Origin: Gammaproteobacteria bacterium
Lineage (GTDB): Bacteria; Pseudomonadota; Gammaproteobacteria; Steroidobacterales; UBA11654
DNA length: 64,000 nucleotides
Reading direction: 5' to 3'
Assembly: GCA_002717445.1 (NCBI GenBank)
Contig: PBDY01000008.1
Coordinates: forward strand, 21,496-85,495
The notes beneath the pieces were generated by a model. It did not search any database. It was not told the DNA's origin and saw nothing but the letters and a program-made list of their open reading frames with translations. Shown in pieces: positions 18,805 to 28,321 of this stretch. The position numbers and the translations under genes are program-made. Numbering within the stretch: the first letter of the stretch is position 1; each line of letters opens with the position of its first letter.

Positions 18805-20193
18805 TTGAATTCTGACTTAAAAATTATTTATTTAAATATTTTTATAACGCCACTGCTCATCTTCTCTGGCATTACTGGGGTGTTTTCTCAGGAGGATCAG
18901 AATTTAGAAAAAGCTGAGCTGAGAAATAAATATCAAAATGAGTTCATTGAGCTATACGATCAAAAGCTTTACCTCCAAAGTTTAAGGCCTGCAAAAGAAA
19001 TTGTTGGCCTCACCAAGGAAATCTTTGGAGAAAATAGCTACCGCCTTATCACTCCACTGAATAATTTAGGCAGTGCTTACTATATGATTGAAGAATACGA
19101 ACTTGCGCAAGAGATATTCAAGGAGTGCATTGAGCTTATTGAACTAAATAAAAACATTATCTCGCCTGAACTTATTTCTCCCCTATATGGAATAGCACTT
19201 ACCCTGAACCAGTTTGGACAATACGAAGATGCCATTAAAGTCCTTGATAGAGCTCTTAGAATCAGTCATGTGAATAATGGCCTCTATAACCCAGATCAAA
19301 TGAAAATCCATGACAGTCTTTCTGAAAGCCATGTTGGAGCCAAAGACGTGGAGAAAGCCAACCATCATCAATCCTTTCAAGTCTTTATCAGTAAAAAACA
19401 TTATGGAATAAATAATCTTCAAGTGGATGAGTCGCTCAATAAATTGGCGAACTGGTATAAGCGAACTGGACAAATATATTCAGAAAGGGAAATCCACAAA
19501 GAACTCCTCAATCGTCAAGAATTTAGAAAAGGAAGCAACGTAGCATCGCTGGTTGAAACATATAAAAACCTTTCATTTTCCCACAGAAGAGAAGGGGTGG
19601 ATTTGTTTAAAAGCGTTAATCCTCTTAAGGATGCACTTGAGGCAATAAACCTCATGGAAACTCCTGATCTGAACCTTAAATTCGAAGTACTGCTTGATCT
19701 CGGTGACACATATATCAGTTATGGAAGGATGCAGTCTGCAAAAAAGGTCTATTTGGAATGCTGGATGTTGATCAATCAGGATGCGTTGATGAGAAAGATT
19801 ATTGAGGATAGGTTTTCTAAGCCGGTCCCAGTGAGAAATGTTCAAATTCCAAAAACTTACCCGCTTCCTCCCGTTGGCGAAGAAATAGGAGAAACCATCC
19901 CTGGCTCAATATCTCTTAACTATGATGTTGATGAGAATGGTCAAACGATCAACATAGAAATCATTGAATCGAATCCAGAGGGCATCATTGATAGGCAAGC
20001 CATGAGAGTCATCAATAGAGTCATTTACAGGCCCAAGTATATCGATGCTGAGCCTGAGCTAACAGAAGGTCTTAGCATTCGTCATGAATACAATGTCCGT
20101 TTGTCAGGCATTGAGGATGGAAAAACCGGAGAAAGGGATGCTGAAATAATAGAAGAGCCTTCGGATGCGCCATTGGAAAACCCAATTGATTGA
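18805..20193 (+). CDS. TPR-repeat protein with TonB-C-like C-terminal domain
   Basis: 462 aa with a signal/anchor N-terminus and TPR-like helical repeats. The C-terminus (GSISLNYDVDENGQTINIEIIESNPEGIIDRQAMRVINRVIYRPKY) resembles the TonB C-terminal domain. TTG start with no clear SD. Confidence 0.5.
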   Translation: MNSDLKIIYLNIFITPLLIFSGITGVFSQEDQNLEKAELRNKYQNEFIELYDQKLYLQSLRPAKEIVGLTKEIFGENSYRLITPLNNLGSAYYMIEEYELAQEIFKECIELIELNKNIISPELISPLYGIALTLNQFGQYEDAIKVLDRALRISHVNNGLYNPDQMKIHDSLSESHVGAKDVEKANHHQSFQVFISKKHYGINNLQVDESLNKLANWYKRTGQIYSEREIHKELLNRQEFRKGSNVASLVETYKNLSFSHRREGVDLFKSVNPLKDALEAINLMETPDLNLKFEVLLDLGDTYISYGRMQSAKKVYLECWMLINQDALMRKIIEDRFSKPVPVRNVQIPKTYPLPPVGEEIGETIPGSISLNYDVDENGQTINIEIIESNPEGIIDRQAMRVINRVIYRPKYIDAEPELTEGLSIRHEYNVRLSGIEDGKTGERDAEIIEEPSDAPLENPID

Positions 20194-20199
20194 GGAGTT

Positions 20200-21351
20200 T
20201 TAGTGGCTGCGATTAATCAAAGTCCGAGTGAAATAAAACACGGATAAAAACAATAGAGCACTCAAGCCCATTGCCCACCCAAAGGCACTGTTTCCAAAAA
20301 CGTCCATTGCTCGACCAATAACTGGTGGGCCCAGTATCTCACCGATGGATAAAAAGAAGATAAAGCTCGCATTTGCTGAGACAAGAATCTGTCCCTTGAA
20401 TTGCTCCCCAAGCATGGTTAATCCCAATACATAAAATCCCATCGTGACGCCACCAAGAAGAAACAACAACAGTATCCTCATCATTGGCAGGTGGAAAAAA
20501 ACTGGGATTAGGAATAAAACCAGGATGGCAATAAAAGTTAATAGGATCATTAATTTTCTTTTATCGTACTTATCTGCCAACCATCCAATCAATAATGGAA
20601 GCATCAACTCGCCTGAGGCTAACCAGGCAACAGTTCTCGATGCCTCAGAATAGTCTTCATTCACGTAAGGCAATGCAAAAACTGGAAGCAATCCAGCACT
20701 TGCCGCATAGAGGAAACCCATCATCCAACTGGAACCCATAAGTATTGGAGAAGAAAAAAGGTATTTAAGGAATGAGACATTTTTAGGAGCTTCAAAATCT
20801 CCAATGTCTTTCATTGTCCACAAAGGCACGGCAACCACTGTTGCCAATGTTGCAGAAAAATAAAATCCCCTGAATGTCTCCACAGATGTGAATGACATGA
20901 TCATAACGCCAATTATAAAACCAAGCGAAAGAAGGCTTGTATAAATTGCAATAATCCTGCCACGAGTTTTGTCTTCCGCAAATGAATTGATCCATATTTC
21001 GCTCAAAACCCAGATGACCGTCGCTGCCAATCCAATGATGAATCGAAAGAAAAACCAGGCATATAGATTTTGATACAAAGGCAAAGCAAGTATCGCCAAT
21101 GGCAGAGTAATCAAGGCAGCTCTTAGAACTTGGATTTGACCAAATAGGTTTACCAATCTCGGCAGAAAGGGAGTGGAAACAGCTGCAGACAAACCCATCA
21201 TCGATGCGGCCAAACCAATCACTGATGAGCTGATGCCCCAACTCTTGAGGGTCAGAGTGCTGAGTGGCAAATTGATTCCGGCTACAACTCCGGCGAGTGA
21301 GATTGCAAGAATGACTCTCACAAGATTTAAAAAATTCTTAGGCAGCTTCAT
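20200..21351 (-). CDS. MFS transporter
   Basis: 383 aa with about 12 hydrophobic segments and an MFS-type loop (EDKTRGRIIAIY). Substrate unknown. Confidence 0.7.
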   Translation of the reverse strand: MKLPKNFLNLVRVILAISLAGVVAGINLPLSTLTLKSWGISSSVIGLAASMMGLSAAVSTPFLPRLVNLFGQIQVLRAALITLPLAILALPLYQNLYAWFFFRFIIGLAATVIWVLSEIWINSFAEDKTRGRIIAIYTSLLSLGFIIGVMIMSFTSVETFRGFYFSATLATVVAVPLWTMKDIGDFEAPKNVSFLKYLFSSPILMGSSWMMGFLYAASAGLLPVFALPYVNEDYSEASRTVAWLASGELMLPLLIGWLADKYDKRKLMILLTFIAILVLFLIPVFFHLPMMRILLLFLLGGVTMGFYVLGLTMLGEQFKGQILVSANASFIFFLSIGEILGPPVIGRAMDVFGNSAFGWAMGLSALLFLSVFYFTRTLINRSH

Positions 21352-21356
21352 TTAAG

Positions 21357-22385
21357 CTACTTATTTAAAAGGTTTTGATAATCCCTTTTTCCCTGAATAA
21401 CCAAAGCAAGAACTTCTCCTGAACGCCCACCAATTTCCTTTGCCAATCGTTCAACCTGCCCTGCTGTCGCTTTCTTCCATGGGTCCCTCTCATTGTCTGA
21501 CAACCTGTATACGTTGATTCCCATGGTTTCTGCGTTTTTAAGGTTCTGTGCCTCTTCTTCTCTTAGCTCCAGTCTTACATTCATTGGGTCTGGCCAAGAA
21601 CTTTCTATGGCTTGCTGCTGTTCTGCCGTTAGATTATTCCACCATTCTTTTCCTGCTACCATGATCGACATACCGAGTGAGTGTTGTGTCAATGTGTAAT
21701 GGGGTGCCTCTTGCTCCTTTCCTGTTTTGACATACAAGGCAATAGAGTTATCTCCCGCTGTGATAAGGTCGGTTTGCAGTGATTGGACAATCTCGCCATA
21801 TCCCATTGGAATCAAATCAGCACCAATGGCCTCACCAAAGTATCTTGAACTCAAGCTGGCAGAAACGCGGTAACGAACCCCCTTTAAGTCATCTGGCTTT
21901 AAAACGGGTGCTTTTGAATAGACATGATGGAAACCAATCTCACTCCAAGCAATAAACTTTAGACCCTTCTGATCGAGCATTTCTGTAAAAATTGGGGTGA
22001 GATAATTATCATAAATAAAATCTGCCTCTTCAGGGCTATCAAAGAGAAAAGGAGCATAAAGCAGTGCTGCCTCAGGAACGAGTGTTGAGACAATGATTGC
22101 TGATAAATTCGCAAACTGAACACGATTTCTTCTTAAGCCAGAGACTAGGTTTTCTTCTGATCCCAGTTGTCCATAAACCAACATCTTTGTTTCTATATCT
22201 GGAAGCTTTTCCTTGACCGACTGCTCAAAATCGAAAAAGTGCTTAACGCCAACTGTATTGGGTATGCCGGTTCCTCCAACGGTCATGGATAAGTCATTTT
22301 CTTCTTTTGATGAATCACAAGCACTCAATAAGAAAACCATAACCATAAGAACGAACGAAAGATTAATTTTAGGGCTTAAAAACAT
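21357..22385 (-). CDS. TRAP-type (DctP-like) solute-binding protein, lipoprotein form
   Basis: 342 aa with an LSAC lipobox in the signal peptide. The body resembles DctP-family receptors (LKGVRYRV, YGEIVQSLQT). No DctQ or DctM gene is in the window. Confidence 0.55.
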   Translation of the reverse strand: MFLSPKINLSFVLMVMVFLLSACDSSKEENDLSMTVGGTGIPNTVGVKHFFDFEQSVKEKLPDIETKMLVYGQLGSEENLVSGLRRNRVQFANLSAIIVSTLVPEAALLYAPFLFDSPEEADFIYDNYLTPIFTEMLDQKGLKFIAWSEIGFHHVYSKAPVLKPDDLKGVRYRVSASLSSRYFGEAIGADLIPMGYGEIVQSLQTDLITAGDNSIALYVKTGKEQEAPHYTLTQHSLGMSIMVAGKEWWNNLTAEQQQAIESSWPDPMNVRLELREEEAQNLKNAETMGINVYRLSDNERDPWKKATAGQVERLAKEIGGRSGEVLALVIQGKRDYQNLLNK

Positions 22386-22452
22386 GCAACGATTGTCTCA
22401 TCAGAGCATGTTGGAGTCTATCGATGAATCAGATAAACTGCATTTACTTGTT

Positions 22453-23409
22453 ATGAAAATAAACGAAACCAAAATAAAAATACCTTCATCTGAGATTACT
22501 TCAGAATCAGCCTATTTAAATAGACGAAAACTTATACAGTCGGTCGGATTATTCTCATTGGGGCTTGGGCTCGCCGAATCAACTTTCGGTCAAAATCAAG
22601 AGATTCGATTGCTGAAATCAATGAGAAATGAAAATTATTCAACCAAAGAAACACCGAACAGCTTCCCAGATATTACGACTTATAACAATTTCTATGAGTT
22701 TGGTATGCAAAAAAGTGATCCGTATATGAACAGCGAAATGTTTGAGCCCAAGCCATGGAGTGTGGAAGTCTCGGGTGAGGCCAATTTAACTGGAACTTTC
22801 GACTTAGAAGATTTAATTGATTTCAATAAACTTGAAGAAAGAATTTATCGTTTGCGATGTGTGGAAGCTTGGTCAATGGTTATCCCATGGGTTGGTATAC
22901 CGCTGTTCTCTATCCTAAAAAAGTTTGAGCCCTTTTCATCTGCCAAATACATTTCTTTTGAAACGGTCTATAGGCCCAATGAAATGCCAGGACAAAAGAG
23001 AAGAATCCTTTCTTGGCCTTATAAAGAAGGCTTAACCATTCAGGAAGCAATGCATCCTCTAGCACTCATGGCCGTAGGCATATACGGAAAGGAGCTTCTC
23101 AATCAAAATGGCGCGCCGATGAGATTGGTCATACCTTGGAAATATGGCTTCAAAAGCATCAAATCCATCAATAAGATTCACTTCCAAGAGCGTCAACCGA
23201 GAACCAGTTGGAATATTTCAGCACCAAAGGAATATGGTTTCTATGCCAATGTTAATCCTTTGGTTGATCATCCAAGATGGAGTCAATCCAGGGAGCGAAG
23301 AATAGGCACAGGTTTTTTTGGAGCAAAACAACCAACCATGCCCTTCAATGGTTATGCCGAAGAAGTGGCTGACCTATACAGTGGCCTAGATCTAAGGAAA
23401 TATTATTAA
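22453..23409 (+). CDS. msrP: Protein-methionine-sulfoxide reductase catalytic subunit (molybdopterin, YedY)
   Basis: Near-collinear with E. coli MsrP blocks (YNNFYEFG, EERIYRLRCVEAWSMVIPWVG, NGAPMRLVIPWKYGFKSIKS, YGFYANVNP, DHPRWSQ). Start set at ATG 22453, so the Tat-like NRRKLIQSVG region aligns as in YedY. The track ORF starts at 22213. Confidence 0.9.
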   Translation: MKINETKIKIPSSEITSESAYLNRRKLIQSVGLFSLGLGLAESTFGQNQEIRLLKSMRNENYSTKETPNSFPDITTYNNFYEFGMQKSDPYMNSEMFEPKPWSVEVSGEANLTGTFDLEDLIDFNKLEERIYRLRCVEAWSMVIPWVGIPLFSILKKFEPFSSAKYISFETVYRPNEMPGQKRRILSWPYKEGLTIQEAMHPLALMAVGIYGKELLNQNGAPMRLVIPWKYGFKSIKSINKIHFQERQPRTSWNISAPKEYGFYANVNPLVDHPRWSQSRERRIGTGFFGAKQPTMPFNGYAEEVADLYSGLDLRKYY

Positions 23410-23443
23410 GGCAATCACAACTTTCAATGCTCTCAGAGCACCA

Positions 23444-24007
23444 TTGATCATCGTGGTGATGTTGGTGCCCTATTTTTTACTGATATTTCGTTCACTCGGT
23501 TATCTATCAGGCCTGGGGGTTAACCCCGTTGAAACCATCATTCATGAAACAGGGTTGTGGAGCATAAGATTTTTGATGTTGACTCTGCTGATCACGCCAA
23601 TTGCTTATTATTCTGGGATTGGATCAATCGCAAAATTAGGGAAACCTGTTGGCTTGATGGCATTCTTTTATGTGCTGAATCACTTCTTGTCCTATGCAAT
23701 GATTGATCAAGCCGGAGATATAGGGGTCATTGTCGTTGATATCATTGAAACGCCCTATCTTATAGTTGGTTGGGGAGGCTTTCTTTGTCTGCTTGGTGTG
23801 GCCTCTGTCTCATTTAAAAGATTGGAAAACTGGTTCAATCAAAACAGGTCCACAATCAGTGGGCTTGTATATGGTGCGACCATCCTGGGTGTATGGCATT
23901 TTTATTGGCAAGCCAAAGTGGTTGAGCTTGAGTCACTGATATATTCGATCATTCTGACCGGTCTGATTCTTTGGAGATTGAGAATATCAACTAATCGGAA
24001 GCAATAA
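23444..24007 (+). CDS. msrQ: Protein-methionine-sulfoxide reductase heme-binding subunit (YedZ)
   Basis: 187 aa polytopic membrane protein directly downstream of msrP, with YedZ-like blocks (GVNPVE..IHETG, LLITP, HF..Y). TTG start. Confidence 0.8.
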   Translation: MIIVVMLVPYFLLIFRSLGYLSGLGVNPVETIIHETGLWSIRFLMLTLLITPIAYYSGIGSIAKLGKPVGLMAFFYVLNHFLSYAMIDQAGDIGVIVVDIIETPYLIVGWGGFLCLLGVASVSFKRLENWFNQNRSTISGLVYGATILGVWHFYWQAKVVELESLIYSIILTGLILWRLRISTNRKQ

Positions 24008-25451
24008 GCTCTTCGCTGACTATTGCATTCAATAAGTCTGTTGTAAATGATCGCATGTCATATTCATATTCGTCAAAATTGTTGTGCATGAATACGAATC
24101 GGTAGTCTTTTCCTGATGTTGAAGTAATGAATCCTGCTAAACACCTCACACCATTCAGTGTTCCCGTTTTAAGCCTCATTTGGCCTTGCAGAAGACTTGA
24201 TTGATAAATATTCTTCAATGTTCCGTCAATACCGGAAATTGGAAGCATGGACTTGATTTCTATAAATCTGGCGTCTTGATCTATTTTTTCAATGAGTCCC
24301 ATGACTGAGTCTGGTTTTAGATTGGATTTCCTTGAGAGTCCCGATCCATTGTCAATAAAGTTGCGTTTGTGCCAAAAAACATTATTTTCCTTCATTGATT
24401 TGTATACCAACTTTCTTGTATTACGGAGTTTTTTTCTTGTTGAATTTTCAGCCAAACTCAGAAAAATGTTTCTTGATATTAGATTATCGCTTTCCTTTAA
24501 CATTAATTTCAAAACACTGTTCAAATCCTCTGAAAATATTTGGGCAATTAGAGCATCCTTTTCAGATTTTTTTTGTCTTTTAAAATAGCCATTGATGGTT
24601 CCGCCGGAATCCAGCCAAAGTTTTTTGAAGCTGCCAAAAAAGTAATGTTCTGTTTTTGTGATTGCTAAATCATGATCCATGTTTGAACACTGGTCTGGAT
24701 AAACCCCATTGATTACGATCGTGAGTATTTTCTTACTAAACTGCTCTTCAAAACCAACCTGGGATCTGAAATCCATACACTCACCAAACCCAACCGATAA
24801 GTTGTTTTGAATCTTTACTCCTCTCGGTAAAAATAAGGGGGTTATGGCTATTTTTTTGGTTTGAGGGTTCAAATTAAAATTCAGATCTAGCTTATTTGAA
24901 TTGACAATTAGTGAGGAATGCATCGTGTTATATGGTCTCAAGGGGCTTTCGTCAAATGATCCAGTAGACTTCTTTCGCTGTCCAAAAAAAGACTGGTCCA
25001 AATAAATACCGCCTCTGATTTCTTGAATGCCTGTGGCTCTTATTTTGAGAATCAAATTCTCGAGGTCGTCTATTGAAAAGCTTGGATCGCCACCGCCCTT
25101 GATTAAAAGATGGTCTATTTTCTCTCGATCATTGGCATTTTGACTGATATAGGCTTCCGTCCTCCATTGATATTTCTTGCTAAGCAAATCTAATGCAGCA
25201 AATGCAGTAAAAAGTTTTGTGACTGAGCCAGGACTCCTTGAATCATTAGAATTGATATCAATCAATCTCTTACCAGACTCTGCATCCTCTAAGATAATGC
25301 TAAGTTTACTCTCTGGGATCTGATGTCTCTTGATCAATGCTTCAACTGGATCTTGTCCAAAAACATATAAAGATGCAAAAAAACTACATATCAGAATGAG
25401 AAACTTGGAAAGAATTTGGTAATTAATAGTTGGGAGGCGCATCCGCAACAT
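23991..25451 (-). CDS. dacB: D-alanyl-D-alanine carboxypeptidase/endopeptidase (PBP4 family)
   Basis: 486 aa with the penicillin-binding triad SVTK (SxxK), SDN and KTGT, spaced as in PBP4. Has a signal sequence. Confidence 0.8.
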   Translation of the reverse strand: MLRMRLPTINYQILSKFLILICSFFASLYVFGQDPVEALIKRHQIPESKLSIILEDAESGKRLIDINSNDSRSPGSVTKLFTAFAALDLLSKKYQWRTEAYISQNANDREKIDHLLIKGGGDPSFSIDDLENLILKIRATGIQEIRGGIYLDQSFFGQRKKSTGSFDESPLRPYNTMHSSLIVNSNKLDLNFNLNPQTKKIAITPLFLPRGVKIQNNLSVGFGECMDFRSQVGFEEQFSKKILTIVINGVYPDQCSNMDHDLAITKTEHYFFGSFKKLWLDSGGTINGYFKRQKKSEKDALIAQIFSEDLNSVLKLMLKESDNLISRNIFLSLAENSTRKKLRNTRKLVYKSMKENNVFWHKRNFIDNGSGLSRKSNLKPDSVMGLIEKIDQDARFIEIKSMLPISGIDGTLKNIYQSSLLQGQMRLKTGTLNGVRCLAGFITSTSGKDYRFVFMHNNFDEYEYDMRSFTTDLLNAIVSEELIASD

Positions 25452-25460
25452 TCTATAAGA

Positions 25461-26516
25461 TCACCTATAGCTGTCTAGTAAATTCTTAAGTGACTTCTTA
25501 CCCGGACAGAGTATTTGGTGATCTACTGAATTCAATGGCGCATCTATCAAATTTTCAGTATCAGTGAAATCATGCTGGGACTCATCAATATAAAGAAGGC
25601 CTGTTAGAAGCTCTCCTCGTTCAGTCGCTGACCGAATATTTTTTATTGAATCTCCCCTGGATTGAGGTGAATAACTATCATCGGATTTTCTCAGAATAAC
25701 TTTCCCACCATCATGAAGGTCTACCTCAATGGTTGAGCCTTCTTCATAACTTATCTCTATCTCTTTAAAAGGAGGAATATAGTCTGTGTATACAGCTTCA
25801 CGTTTAGACTCTCTGGTGCTCATATAGCTTTTTGTAGAGCCTTCGTGATCATTGAATGTCACGCATGGTGAGATGACATCGACCACTGCGAATCCTTTAT
25901 GCATGAGGCCAGCCTTTAAAAGAGGTATCAGCTGATCTTTATCGCCAGAAAAGCTTCTCGCAACAAATGTGGCCCCAAGTGTAATTGCAATCTGACATGG
26001 GTCGATAGGAACATGCTTATTGGCTGCACCCTTTTTTGCAGTTGACCCGACATCTGCAGATGCTGAAAACTGGCCCTTGGTTAGCCCATATACGCCGTTG
26101 TTCTCAATAACATACAACATATTTACATTCCTTCTAACTGCATGTGAAAACTGGCCCATACCAATCGAAAGCGTGTCCCCATCACCTGAGACACCAATAC
26201 AAAACAACTCTCTATTTGCTGCATTGGCTCCAGTAGCTACAGCAGGCATTCTGCCGTGAACAGAGTTGAATCCGTGAGACTGGTTAGCAAAATAGGCTGG
26301 TGTCTTTGAGGAGCAGCCAATTCCACTCATCTTAATCATCCGATGTGGGGGGATATCTAAATCAAAAACAGTTTGAATGATTGCTCCAGTAATTGAATCG
26401 TGACCACACCCCGCACATAACGTAGACATTGCGCCTTCATAATCAGTGAAGGTCATTCCAAGTTTGTTCTTGGTAAATTTATCTCCATATATTTTTGGTT
26501 TCTTTATATAACTCAT
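25461..26516 (-). CDS. korB: 2-oxoacid:ferredoxin oxidoreductase beta subunit (TPP-binding)
   Basis: 351 aa with a Cys cluster (CAGCGH...C) and TPP motif GVSGDGDTLSIG...NNGVYGLTKGQ. ATGA-type 4-nt overlap with the alpha subunit gene. Confidence 0.85.
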   Translation of the reverse strand: MSYIKKPKIYGDKFTKNKLGMTFTDYEGAMSTLCAGCGHDSITGAIIQTVFDLDIPPHRMIKMSGIGCSSKTPAYFANQSHGFNSVHGRMPAVATGANAANRELFCIGVSGDGDTLSIGMGQFSHAVRRNVNMLYVIENNGVYGLTKGQFSASADVGSTAKKGAANKHVPIDPCQIAITLGATFVARSFSGDKDQLIPLLKAGLMHKGFAVVDVISPCVTFNDHEGSTKSYMSTRESKREAVYTDYIPPFKEIEISYEEGSTIEVDLHDGGKVILRKSDDSYSPQSRGDSIKNIRSATERGELLTGLLYIDESQHDFTDTENLIDAPLNSVDHQILCPGKKSLKNLLDSYR

Positions 26517-28321
26517 GCTGCTTTACCTGAGGGAATTTCTTTCATTATTCTTTCTACCAAATCTTTTGAGGAAATTGGTATTCCATTGTATAGGCGTATC
26601 GATTTGATTTTACTGACGTCACAATTTGTTTCTACTTGTAATAATTTTGCAAGTTGACCGTCACGATTTTGTTCTACTACAAACACTGTCTCATGTGCAT
26701 CTATGAATTCATCTACCTCATTGGAAAAGGGGAATGCCCTGACCCGAAGGTAGTTGAAATCATGTCCATCCTTAGACATCGAATCTCTTGCTTCTCTGAT
26801 CGCATCATCACAACTGCCAATGCTTAGAATTGCTATTTTATTCTTCTTATTAAAATCCTTCATTGGGCTTGGGACTATTGATTTGGCTGTTTCCCATTTG
26901 ATAAGCAGTCGATCAACGACGTCTTGGTACTCGTCCGAGTCTTCTGTATAGCCACCAAACATATTATGGCCAGAGCCTCTGGTAAAATAAGCGCCTTTGG
27001 GATGAACCCCAGGAATTGTTCTATATGGAATTCCGTCTCCATCAGAGTCCAAATACCGATGGAATTGCTCCATGCCTTCAAGCGCATCTTTATCCAACAC
27101 TTTTCCTCTATTGGGGACATATTTATCATCCCATTCCAGATCTCTAATCATCCAATCATTCATTCCAATATCAAGATCTGACAGAACAAATACAGGTGTT
27201 TGAAGTTGTTCAGCGAGGTCAAATGCATTGACAGATAAATAAAATGCTTCTTCTGGGTCAGCTGGATATAAACAAACATGTTTTGTATCGCCGTGAGATG
27301 CATATGCGCAGGATAGAATGTCACATTGCTGTGTTCTTGTTGGCATTCCTGTCGATGGGCCTGTTCTTTGAACATCAAAAATCACGGTTGGAATTTCAGC
27401 ATAATAGCCATATCCAATAAATTCATTCATCAATGAGATTCCAGGGCCGCTTGTGGGCGTAAATGATCTGGCTCCATTCCATCCGGCACCTAAAGCCATC
27501 CCAATGGCAGATAACTCATCCTCTGCTTGAATGATTGAATAGTTATTTTTATCCGTTTTCTCGTCAACCCTGAAATTTCCACAGTATCTGGAAAATGCAT
27601 CCATCAATGACGTTGAAGGAGTAATTGGATACCAAGAGCCAACTGTTGCTCCGGCATAAACACAACCCAATGCTGCAGTAGAGTTTCCATCAATAATAAA
27701 ATGATCTTTGGTTTTATCTGAAGCAACTGTCTTGAATGGAAGCGGACAATCAAAGTTCTCTTTTGCATATTCAAATCCCATCTTGAGTGCCTGTTTATTG
27801 GCATCAATCAGATGGGTCTTTGCTCCAAAAGTGTCGAGAAGTAATTGTTCAATGACTTTCATATCCATCTCAAGTAATGCCGCCAGTACCCCTACATAGG
27901 CTGTATTCTTCATCAAAGTTCTAGACCTTGCCGTATTGAATGCTTCATTGCACATGTTCGCAAGTGGCACGCCCAAAACGGTTATATCATCTCTCAACAT
28001 TAGCTCTTCTCTTGGCCAAGTAGAGTCATAAATTAAGTATCCGCCAGACTCAAGTTCATCCAGGTCTTGACCATACGTTTGTGCGTTCATAGCTAGCATG
28101 ATGTCTATGCTTCCAGACGGGGCTAAATAACCATTCTCATTAACCCTGACTTCATACCATGTCGGCAGGCCTTGGATATTGGAGGGAAAATAGTTTTTGC
28201 CAACAACAGGAACCCCCATTCGAAAGATGCTCTTCATAAACATCCCATTGGCACTTGAGGAGCCTGTGCCATTTACATTGGCAAACTTTACAGTGAAGTC
28301 ATTATTTGAAGGTCCAGTCAT
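26513..28321 (-). CDS. korA: 2-oxoacid:ferredoxin oxidoreductase alpha subunit (fused gamma-alpha type)
   Basis: 602 aa with an N-terminal gamma-like domain (GTGSSSANGMF) followed by a pyrimidine-binding alpha domain (YPITPST, GMALGAGWNGARSFTPTSGPGISLM). Confidence 0.85.
   Translation of the reverse strand: MTGPSNNDFTVKFANVNGTGSSSANGMFMKSIFRMGVPVVGKNYFPSNIQGLPTWYEVRVNENGYLAPSGSIDIMLAMNAQTYGQDLDELESGGYLIYDSTWPREELMLRDDITVLGVPLANMCNEAFNTARSRTLMKNTAYVGVLAALLEMDMKVIEQLLLDTFGAKTHLIDANKQALKMGFEYAKENFDCPLPFKTVASDKTKDHFIIDGNSTAALGCVYAGATVGSWYPITPSTSLMDAFSRYCGNFRVDEKTDKNNYSIIQAEDELSAIGMALGAGWNGARSFTPTSGPGISLMNEFIGYGYYAEIPTVIFDVQRTGPSTGMPTRTQQCDILSCAYASHGDTKHVCLYPADPEEAFYLSVNAFDLAEQLQTPVFVLSDLDIGMNDWMIRDLEWDDKYVPNRGKVLDKDALEGMEQFHRYLDSDGDGIPYRTIPGVHPKGAYFTRGSGHNMFGGYTEDSDEYQDVVDRLLIKWETAKSIVPSPMKDFNKKNKIAILSIGSCDDAIREARDSMSKDGHDFNYLRVRAFPFSNEVDEFIDAHETVFVVEQNRDGQLAKLLQVETNCDVSKIKSIRLYNGIPISSKDLVERIMKEIPSGKAA

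Noticed and set aside
20792-21241. A 149-aa ORF in an alternative frame on the same strand as the MFS transporter.
   Set aside because: It is entirely nested in the MFS gene, whose frame gives continuous TM-helix sequence. The alternative frame gives Cys/Trp/His-rich sequence with no start context. There is no evidence of a frameshift or overlapping gene.
22213-22452. An 80-codon N-terminal extension of msrP in the ORF track, overlapping the divergent binding-protein gene.
   Set aside because: Alignment with E. coli YedY places the N-terminus at MKINETK (22453). The extension would bury the Tat-like signal and overlap the opposite-strand gene start.
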